From a bacterium (lineage in GTDB: Bacteria; Eisenbacteria; RBG-16-71-46), in the NCBI GenBank assembly GCA_043779265.1, contig JAYWEM010000060.1, positions 1-11,377 on the forward strand: a stretch of 11,377 nucleotides of DNA, read 5' to 3'. Under the pieces are notes generated by a model that saw nothing but the letters and a program-made list of their open reading frames with translations, did no database searches and had not been told where the DNA came from. A program made the position numbers and the translations under genes. Within the stretch, counting starts at the first letter, position 1. The number at the start of each line of letters is the position of its first letter. Positions 1 through 6,939 of this stretch are shown here, in pieces.

Positions 1-1419
1 CCACGACAACACGCCGAGTGAGGCAGGCAGCGAGCGCTCGAGCAGGAACGCACCTGCGACCCCGAGCGAAAGCGAGAGCAGCGCGGGTCCGAAGGTATCG
101 CTCAGCACCTGGCTCGAGGGCAGTCGAAGGATGCTCCCCAGCCTCGTCACGAACCAGATCGACGAGACGACGTTCGCCGCCAGCGTGGCGAGTAAGGCAC
201 CGGGCAGGCCGAACACCGGGATCATCATGAGTGCGATCGCCAGATGCACCACCAGAGCCACCGCCGACCACTCGAGCTCGACCGGCGTCCGGTTGGCAGC
301 ACGCGCCACGACGCTGGTCGTGCCTGCGGGACTCGCTGCGAACGCTGCCATCGCGAGGCCCTGCAGCGCAAGCGCCGCATCGGTCGAGGGCTCCTGCAGC
401 CAGGCGGCGAGCAGCGGATGCGCTCCGCCGACGAGGGCCGCAGCCAGCAGCGAGGAGACGACCAGCACCCATCGTGTCGTGCGCCGATAGAGCTGGGCCA
501 GGCCGGCGTGATCGCCCTGCTCGTGCATCGTGGTCGCGGTGGGATGGATGGCGAGCATGAGGAACTGCGGGAATGACGACATGGCACTGGCGATGCGCAT
601 GCCCAACTCGTAGGGCGTGACGGAGGCGAGTGCGACCATCCGGGCCAGCAGCACCTTGTCGACCTGCTGATGGGTCACCGCGAGCAGGTTGGCCCCTTGC
701 ACGGGACCGCCGAAGGCCAGCGCTTCGCGCCAGTGACGCAGCGAACGAATGGGCGAGCCCCAGGTGAATCCGGGAGCGCCGACACGAAGCAGCAGCGCAC
801 AGACAACGACGCCGATGGCCCAGCCGAGGACGACGGCGCCCACCATGAACGTCAGGCCCTCGCCACGCACGAGCCCCAGCGTGATGCCGGCACCTTGCAG
901 CAACGCGGTCGACGAGAGCCCCCATGCGGCCAGGTCGAAGCGCTCATGCGCCTGCAGCACCGCGAGCAGCGTCTGGACGACACCGGCGAGCAGGAACACC
1001 GCTGCTCCCGCTTGAATGGCCAAGGTCGCAGCCGGAGCCAGCGGCTCGGGGACACGCAACCACTCGAGCGCGATCGGCGTGCTCCAGGGCGCCAAACCCA
1101 ACCAGAGCGCACCGATCGCCGCATACCCGAGCACCGCGAGCGTGGCGTACTCGCCGCCCTCCTCCGGGCGGCCCGCCGCGCGAGACGCCGCCACATAACG
1201 CAAGGCGATCTGCGACAGCCCGAGGTCGAGCGCGAGCAACCAGAAGCTCAGCGCGTAGAACAGCGACCACACGCCGAACGCGTCGGGGCCGAGCGCACGC
1301 ACGAGCGGCGGCGTGAGCACGAGCCACATGAGCAGCACGACGATGCGACCCGAGGCAGCCGAGAGCGCGTTCGATGCGAGTCGCCGACCGAGTCCCGTGC
1401 CCTGCGGCGTTCGGTTCAT
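1..1419 (-). CDS. wzx: Wzx-type oligosaccharide flippase (MOP/PST family polysaccharide export protein), 3' end beyond the window
   Basis: Not in the ORF track because it runs off the edge. Manual translation from ATG 1419 gives MNRTPQGTGLGRRLASNALSAASGRIVVLLMWLVLTPPLVRALGPDAFGVWSLFYALSFWLLALDLGLSQIALRYVA, with the typical TP..VR.LG...FG.W and DLGL motifs. The same frame gives QQVDKVLLARMVALASVTPYELG near 600-670 and MIPVFGLPGALLAT near 185-225. Many hydrophobic segments; no stop in the segments translated. Starts 22 nt downstream of the NDP-sugar enzyme gene. Confidence 0.88.
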   Translation of the reverse strand, partial: MNRTPQGTGLGRRLASNALSAASGRIVVLLMWLVLTPPLVRALGPDAFGVWSLFYALSFWLLALDLGLSQIALRYVAASRAAGRPEEGGEYATLAVLGYAAIGALWLGLAPWSTPIALEWLRVPEPLAPAATLAIQAGAAVFLLAGVVQTLLAVLQAHERFDLAAWGLSSTALLQGAGITLGLVRGEGLTFMVGAVVLGWAIGVVVCALLLRVGAPGFTWGSPIRSLRHWREALAFGGPVQGANLLAVTHQQVDKVLLARMVALASVTPYELGMRIASAMSSFPQFLMLAIHPTATTMHEQGDHAGLAQLYRRTTRWVLVVSSLLAAALVGGAHPLLAAWLQEPSTDAALALQGLAMAAFAASPAGTTSVVARAANRTPVELEWSAVALVVHLAIALMMIPVFGLPGALLATLAANVVSSIWFVTRLGSILRLPSSQVLSDTFGPALLSLSLGVAGAFLLERSLPASLGVLSW

Positions 1420-1441
1420 CTCGCTCGGGCCCAGTCGGTGC

Positions 1442-2398
1442 TCAGCGCGTGCGCCAGTACTCGAGCATGTCCTGCAACGTCTGCTCGAAGGGGATCGTGG
1501 GCTGCCAACCGGTCGCCTTCACGAACTTCGAGTTGTCGCCCAACAGGATGGGCACATCAGAGGGACGCAGCCGCGCCGGGTCCTCCTCCACCGTGATCTT
1601 GACCTTGGACAGGCTCAGCAGGTGGTCGAGCAGCTCCTGGATGGTCCACGCCGTGCCGCTGCAGATGTTGTAGACCTCTCCGGGCTCGCACTTCTCGAGC
1701 GCCAGCACGTAGGCCCGCACCATGTCGCGCACATCGGTGAAGTCTCGCTTCGCCTCGAGGTTGCCGACATGGAGCACCGGCTTCTTGCGGCCCTTCTCGA
1801 TATCTGCGATCTGCTTGGCGAAGTCGCTGGCCACGAATACCGGGCCACGGCGCGGACCTTCGTGGTTGAACCCGCGCGTGCGGACACTGTCGACCTTCCA
1901 CGACATCCAGTACTGGTAGCCGAGCATGTCCTGCGCCACTTTGCTCACCGCGTAGGGCGAGAGTGGCCGCAGCGGATTGGTCTCCTTGATCGGCACCTCG
2001 TCCGGGTAGACCATGCCGTACTCCTCGGAGGAGCAGGCGAGCTGGATGCGCGTCTTGAGCAGCCCGAGGCGGCGCACGGCCTCGAAGATGTTCACCTGCG
2101 CCAGCACATTGGTCGTGAGCGACTCGCTCGGGGCGCTCCACGACGTGGGCACGAACGACTGGGCCGCCAAGTGGAAGATCCAGTCCGGCCGGACCTTCTC
2201 GATCGTGTCGATCGTCGAGGTCGCATCCCGCAGGTCGCACTCGAACAAAGTGATCTTGTCGCGGAAGTGCTCGATATTCTCGGTGCGGCTGCGCCAGCGC
2301 AGGATGCCGAAGATCTCGCAATCTCCTCGCGGCAACAGATAGTCGACGAGGTGGCTGCCGGCGAAACCGGTGACGCCGGTGACGAGAATGCGACGCAT
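1442..2398 (-). CDS. GDP-mannose 4,6-dehydratase / GDP-4-keto-6-deoxy-D-mannose reductase (Gmd/Rmd) family extended SDR
   Basis: 318 aa. TGVTGFAG Rossmann motif, HLAAQSFV, SSEEYG, catalytic YAVSK (YxxxK), FNHEGPRRG, GNLEAKRDFTDVRD, LRPSD. SD AAGGAG at 2404-2409, 5 nt before the ATG. Confidence 0.92.
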   Translation of the reverse strand: MRRILVTGVTGFAGSHLVDYLLPRGDCEIFGILRWRSRTENIEHFRDKITLFECDLRDATSTIDTIEKVRPDWIFHLAAQSFVPTSWSAPSESLTTNVLAQVNIFEAVRRLGLLKTRIQLACSSEEYGMVYPDEVPIKETNPLRPLSPYAVSKVAQDMLGYQYWMSWKVDSVRTRGFNHEGPRRGPVFVASDFAKQIADIEKGRKKPVLHVGNLEAKRDFTDVRDMVRAYVLALEKCEPGEVYNICSGTAWTIQELLDHLLSLSKVKITVEEDPARLRPSDVPILLGDNSKFVKATGWQPTIPFEQTLQDMLEYWRTR

Positions 2399-2444
2399 GG
2401 ATGCTCCTTGGGGCGAGTGCAGGAAGGGCCTGAGAAGTGGCCGG

Positions 2445-2474
2445 AAGTTAGGCCGCGCGCGCGACAGCCGTCAA
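2445..2474 (-). promoter_or_regulatory. Putative sigma70 promoter for the gmd/rmd-wzx transcript
   Basis: Minus strand reads TTGACG (2474-2469) - 18 nt - TAACTT (2450-2445), 46 nt upstream of ATG 2398 in a divergent intergenic region. Confidence 0.6.
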
Positions 2475-2489
2475 CGCGCTTGCTACGGT
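2461..2489 (+). promoter_or_regulatory. Putative extended -10 sigma70 promoter for the methyltransferase
   Basis: GCGACA (2461-2466) - 17 nt - TACGGT (2484-2489), preceded by TG at 2481-2482 (TGnTAnnnT). ATG follows 10 nt later. Confidence 0.5.
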
Positions 2490-2499
2490 AGGCGCCTCG

Positions 2500-3540
2500 A
2501 TGGGATCCCATTCCGACTCACCGGCGCCTCACGCCGCGATCCGAACCCGCCCACGCCCCGCGTGCCCCGTCTGCGGCGGGAGCGGCGAGATCCGGTTCCG
2601 GGAATCAATCGACCGCCTCTTCGGCGTGCCAGGTCAATGGACGCTGCGGTCTTGCGCGGATGCTGCGTGTTCGAGCTTCTGGCTCGACCCTGCCCCGCTG
2701 CCCGAGGACCTCGGCCTCCTCTACCGCCGCTACTACACACATCGTGGTCCAGAACGACCGGGTCCGGCGCGAACCCTTTACTGGCAGGGTGTACGCGGTC
2801 TGCTCGCCCGCCGGTACGGCTACCCTTCGCCGGGCCCTCTCGGGGAGGCACTGGGCGTCTTGCTCTCGACGTTCGAGAACCGCGTGGACCAGATCGGCCA
2901 CTCGATCTCCCATCTGCCCTTCCTTCCATCCGGTCGCGTCCTCGACGTCGGCTGCGGCGACGGCGCCCGGCTCGACCGACTGAGATCGCTGGGATGGCAG
3001 TGCACCGGGGTGGACCTCGACACGGCGGCGCTTGCCTCCGGGCGCGGGCGGGGCCTGGATCTTCGGCTCGGCACGGCCGAGACGCTCGAAGAGCCCGACG
3101 CCAGTTTCGATGCCATCACGCTCTCGCACGTCATCGAACACGTCCCCGACCCACGGGTCACGCTCCGATCCTGCCGTCGGATGCTGCGCAGTGGAGGCCT
3201 GCTTTCCGTCGCGACGCCGAACGCCCTCAGCCTGGGAGCGCAGCGATGGAAGGCGGAGTGGCGCGGCTGGGAGGTTCCGAGGCACCTCCAGGTGTTCAGT
3301 CCGCGATCCCTCGCTCGCATCGTCGAGTCGGCCGGCTTCCGGTTGACGACGTGCCGCACCAGCGCCCGGATCGCTGCCACCATCCTGCTCGAGAGCGAGG
3401 AACCGGAGCAGGTGAATCAGAACCTGCCGCACACGCCCAAGGCGATCCACCGAGCTGCGGAGTTCGAACGCATCGAACGCGCTGCCCTGCGCACGGATCC
3501 CCTCGTCGGCGAGGAACTCGTTCTGCTCGCGACGACCTGA
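2500..3540 (+). CDS. Class I SAM-dependent methyltransferase with N-terminal 4-Cys zinc ribbon (polysaccharide-locus type)
   Basis: 346 aa. CPVC...CADAAC, YYTH, motif I VLDVGCGDG, GVD, FDAITLSHVIEHVPDP, LRSGGLLSVATPN, WEVPRHLQVFS. Confidence 0.9.
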   Translation: MGSHSDSPAPHAAIRTRPRPACPVCGGSGEIRFRESIDRLFGVPGQWTLRSCADAACSSFWLDPAPLPEDLGLLYRRYYTHRGPERPGPARTLYWQGVRGLLARRYGYPSPGPLGEALGVLLSTFENRVDQIGHSISHLPFLPSGRVLDVGCGDGARLDRLRSLGWQCTGVDLDTAALASGRGRGLDLRLGTAETLEEPDASFDAITLSHVIEHVPDPRVTLRSCRRMLRSGGLLSVATPNALSLGAQRWKAEWRGWEVPRHLQVFSPRSLARIVESAGFRLTTCRTSARIAATILLESEEPEQVNQNLPHTPKAIHRAAEFERIERAALRTDPLVGEELVLLATT

Positions 3541-3541
3541 C

Positions 3542-4876
3542 TCAGCGCGAGCGAGTCGCCCCGGCGACGCCCTGTGATCCGGGCCGGCCACCCGAGCGAT
3601 CCCGCCACCGCACGATGGGCAGCGGCTCGGGCGCCCACAGCGCGCGCACGGCGAGCGCCCAGTCGGCGGCATCGAGCTTCGACTTGCTGAATCCCCGGTC
3701 GAACGCCTGCCACGAGCGACGCGCCGCCCCGACGAACGCCGTGTCTCCCGTCGCCGCGCTCAACTCGACGAGGAATCGGGCGGCCCGGGCATTGTCATCG
3801 AACGGACGACGCGCACGCCGCAGCTTGCCGAAGCGATCGGAGGCGTAGTCGGTGCGGAAGCCTCCCTTCTTGATGTCCTCGAAGTGATCGAGCACATGCT
3901 GGCCGCACGCGCGCGCGCGAACGAGGTCGCTGTCACCCGCACTCACCTGCCAGGCCATCAGGTGAGCCCGACCGACTTCGACCTGATCGAGCAGCACCGA
4001 CGGTTCCCGGATGGTGCCGAAGCGATCGCGCCGCACGAGCCCCAGTTCCGGATGATGCGAGCTTCCCCACAGACGGCCGAAGGTACGGCGGGCGAAGTCG
4101 CGACGATTCGGATCGCCGGAGATGGCGCCGACGCGCAACCAGGCCTGCAGCCCGACCCCGTTGGATTCGGGCTCGAGGTCCATCGTGGCGATCTGACCCG
4201 TGAAGAAGCCGCCACGCGGATCCTGCAGCACGCGCTCGAAGTGGTCGGCGACGAATGCGATGTCGTGCTTCCACGAGGCATCCGAGTTCAGCGCGTGCGC
4301 GATGGTGAGCAGCTCGAGCCGCCTCGCATTGGGCAGCGTGTGCTTGGCGAATCGCGGATCGCGAGGGTCCTTGTCCTTGAGCCCATCGACGTAGCCGCCG
4401 CCCACGGTGTCGAGCAGCTGCCTCGTCCAGTTCATCGACTGCAGTGCGCGCTTCTCCCACAGCGCGTCACCGTCACGGCCGCGCGCGAAGGCCAACTCGA
4501 TGGCGCCCTCGGCCGGAGTCCCATCGCGAGTCGCGAAGACGCCGCGCGTGCTGTCCCAGCCGGCGGCAACCTCGTTGCAGAGGCGCTCGTAGAGTTCACG
4601 ATCCCCCGGCTGAGCCTCGATCGCGTGGAGCCACACGTACCTGGGCACCGTGGTGACGACAGGCGCCGCCTTCGAAGCGGGTTTGACGGCGGAGGGCTTC
4701 GCCCCGGCCCGCGCTTTGGCCGGCACCGTTGCCTTGGCCGCGGTGGCCGGCTTGGCCGCAACGGCAGGCTTCGTCGCGAGGGGCGCCGCGGCTTGCGCCA
4801 CGGCCGGACCCAGTCCGGACGTCAGGGCGCACGCCAGAGCGAGCGCCACCTGGAGGGGATAGGGGGCGGGCTTCAC
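3542..4876 (-). CDS. Exported protein, putative (alpha/alpha)6 six-hairpin glycosidase-like fold, YyaL/SSP411-related, lacking the thioredoxin domain
   Basis: 444 aa, GTG start 19 nt after the OPT stop. Signal peptide-like N-terminus ending AQA, then an Ala/Lys/Pro linker. Repeated D-x-x-x-G-G-F/Y hairpin motifs (WDSTRGVF, LDTVGGGY, QDPRGGFF, EDIKKGGF), plus PRFAKHTLPNA, ESNG and LLDQ in YyaL-like order. Confidence 0.7.
   Translation of the reverse strand: MKPAPYPLQVALALACALTSGLGPAVAQAAAPLATKPAVAAKPATAAKATVPAKARAGAKPSAVKPASKAAPVVTTVPRYVWLHAIEAQPGDRELYERLCNEVAAGWDSTRGVFATRDGTPAEGAIELAFARGRDGDALWEKRALQSMNWTRQLLDTVGGGYVDGLKDKDPRDPRFAKHTLPNARRLELLTIAHALNSDASWKHDIAFVADHFERVLQDPRGGFFTGQIATMDLEPESNGVGLQAWLRVGAISGDPNRRDFARRTFGRLWGSSHHPELGLVRRDRFGTIREPSVLLDQVEVGRAHLMAWQVSAGDSDLVRARACGQHVLDHFEDIKKGGFRTDYASDRFGKLRRARRPFDDNARAARFLVELSAATGDTAFVGAARRSWQAFDRGFSKSKLDAADWALAVRALWAPEPLPIVRWRDRSGGRPGSQGVAGATRSR
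4643..4789 (-). repeat. Low-complexity Ala/Lys/Pro coding repeat (TKPA, AKPA, AKPS, VKPA, AKA units)
   Basis: Translation APLATKPAVAAKPATAAKATVPAKARAGAKPSAVKPASKAAPVVTTVP directly after the predicted signal peptide. Confidence 0.75.
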
Positions 4877-4895
4877 CCCCTGGTTATCGGCCGCT

Positions 4896-6803
4896 CTACT
4901 CCAGAATCTTGAGCACGGTGAGAACCGCGATCCCGACGCCGATCAGGCTCTCGCCGGCGATGATCCCCGAGGCCACGGGCACCGTGTAGCGCTCGTGCAG
5001 CTGCTGCTGGTATCGGCCGAGCACGTAGGCGATCAGCGCACCGATGAAGAACGAGACCGAGTAGTAGCCGTTGAACGTGAAGGCCATCCCGAGCCCGGTC
5101 GGGGACGGGATGAAGTGCTTGTGCCGCGGGAAGGCGCGCTCGAGCATGATGAGCACGATTCCGAGGATCGAGCCGATCACGATGCCGATCTGAGCGCTGT
5201 GCGGGAGCTTGCCCGGGCCCTCCGCCAGCAGTTCGGCGACGCCCTTCCACACCAGGGCGGCCGGCGCGGGCCACTGCTCGCTTCCCAGGATCGAGACATC
5301 GGGGATCAGGAAGAAGAACGCGGGAACCACCACGATCCCGCCGGCGATGACGCCGAAGAACTGGGCGACGAACTGCTGCCTCGGGTTGGCTCCCAGCAGG
5401 TAGCCGCTCTTCAGATCCGTGAGCAGGTCCCCCGCGTGACTCGTCGAGCCCGCGGTGATGTTGGCGGTCATCAGATTGACCGTGACGTCGCCGGGCTTGA
5501 TGGCGCCGAACGTCAACTGCGTGATCTTGCTGATCGGTCCGACCGGCGTGACATCCGTCTCGCCCGTCGCGCGCGCGGCGACGACCACCAGGATGAACGT
5601 CGCGAGGACGGCGATGATCCCCATCCACCACGAGATGTCGAACGCGTAGTGACCGAGCACGACGATGGCGCAGCCGACGATCACCGTGCCGTAGAGGAAC
5701 CACTTGGCGGGGACCTCGATCTCGTCCATCGGGTCCTTCTGCCCGCCGCTCTTCTTGGCGAAGTTCGAGAGCGTCGAGAACGCTCGGATCACGGTCCTCC
5801 AGTTGAGCAGGAAGAGCAGCAGCCCCGAGGTCACCATCATCGGGACGCCGATCCACAGCGACCAGCTCGAGATCTTGCGGAAGCTCACGGATTCGATGTC
5901 ACCGGCCGCGACGAAGATCGGGGCCAGGATGCCGTAGTTGACGACCGCTCCCAGCAGCATGCTCGACGCCTGCCGCATGCCGATCAGCGCACCGCCCGCC
6001 ACGAACAGAAGCGAGCCCTCGAACGCGAGCGTGTAGTTCTGCAGCGACCACGGCACCTGCGTCGTGACGCCGGTCGCCGCATCGGTCACCGAGCGCGAGC
6101 CGAGCCAGCCACCCTTGATCCAGCCCGTGCCCCACGTGGCGGGGATGAACGCCTTGAACCCATTGGGGATATTGGCGTCGCGGCACCAGGTCATCGCCGC
6201 GCCGATCAGGCCGGCGACGCCAAGCGCCTTGGCCTGTTTGGCCGCCTCATCGCCCTCGGCATGGAGCGCCCGCAACGTCGCGGCCGCAGCGGTGCCGCTC
6301 GGGAAGGGCAACTGTTCGACATTGATGTACTGGCGCTTGGCCGGCACCGCGAGGAACACACCGAGCGCCGAGACGAGGATCACCCAGACGATGAGGATGT
6401 TCTGCGGTGGCACCGCGCCCGGGTTCAACATCATCAGCGCCGGAATGGCGTTGACGATCCCGGCCGAGGTCATCGAGCCGGCGGCCGAGGCGGCGGACTG
6501 CATCGCGTTGTTCTCGAGGATCGTGAACGGCTCGAGCTTGAACGTCTTGGTCAGCGTCTGGAAGATGACGTAGGCGAGGATGCACGACGTGATGGCGACG
6601 CCCATGCTCCAGCCGGCCTTGAGCCCGACGTACACGTTCGAGAGGCACATCACCGAGCCGAGGAACATGCCCATCACGACGGCCCGCTTCGTGGCCTGCT
6701 TCATCCGATTGCCCTGATAGACGTTCTCGAACCAATGGCGCTCGATCTCCTCGGCGGTCTTCGGCGTTCCGTCGGCGTGTCGCGTCGGGTCGGGCTTGTT
6801 CAA
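4896..6803 (-). CDS. OPT family (YSL-like clade) oligopeptide / metal-chelate transporter
   Basis: 635 aa polytopic membrane protein. Motifs NVYVGLKAGW, LENNAMQSAASAAG, LPFPSGTA, ATGETDVTP, DLKSGYLLGANPRQQFVAQ, PAPAALVWKGVAE, ASGIIAGESLIGV. TTG start with GAGG 7 nt upstream; exact start less certain. Confidence 0.93.
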   Translation of the reverse strand: MNKPDPTRHADGTPKTAEEIERHWFENVYQGNRMKQATKRAVVMGMFLGSVMCLSNVYVGLKAGWSMGVAITSCILAYVIFQTLTKTFKLEPFTILENNAMQSAASAAGSMTSAGIVNAIPALMMLNPGAVPPQNILIVWVILVSALGVFLAVPAKRQYINVEQLPFPSGTAAAATLRALHAEGDEAAKQAKALGVAGLIGAAMTWCRDANIPNGFKAFIPATWGTGWIKGGWLGSRSVTDAATGVTTQVPWSLQNYTLAFEGSLLFVAGGALIGMRQASSMLLGAVVNYGILAPIFVAAGDIESVSFRKISSWSLWIGVPMMVTSGLLLFLLNWRTVIRAFSTLSNFAKKSGGQKDPMDEIEVPAKWFLYGTVIVGCAIVVLGHYAFDISWWMGIIAVLATFILVVVAARATGETDVTPVGPISKITQLTFGAIKPGDVTVNLMTANITAGSTSHAGDLLTDLKSGYLLGANPRQQFVAQFFGVIAGGIVVVPAFFFLIPDVSILGSEQWPAPAALVWKGVAELLAEGPGKLPHSAQIGIVIGSILGIVLIMLERAFPRHKHFIPSPTGLGMAFTFNGYYSVSFFIGALIAYVLGRYQQQLHERYTVPVASGIIAGESLIGVGIAVLTVLKILE

Positions 6804-6939
6804 GTGTGGCCTCGAGGCGGGAGTCGGGGTTCACGTCAAGGTGGGCAGGAAGAACCCGCGGACTCTCGCGGAACGCCACGCACGGGGGCAAGCGGAAACT
6901 GCGCACTCGCCCCTCCAGGCTCCATCATGCCGTACGAGT

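Noticed and set aside
670..2491. Plus-strand ORFs 670..1596 and 1313..2491
   Set aside because: Antisense shadows of wzx and the Gmd/Rmd gene, which carry the recognisable motifs.
2370..3848. 492-aa plus-strand ORF and 355-aa minus-strand ORF over the methyltransferase
   Set aside because: Arg/Pro-rich alternative frames without domain signatures.
3908..3919. (CG)6 run, potential Z-DNA or microsatellite
   Set aside because: Lies within coding sequence (Arg-Ala-Arg-Ala) and is unsurprising at this GC content.
6804..6939. Possible terminator, riboswitch or ECF promoter upstream of OPT
   Set aside because: Only short GC stems (e.g. CCGCG...CGCGG) and AAC motifs without a matching ECF -10. No recognisable RNA family.
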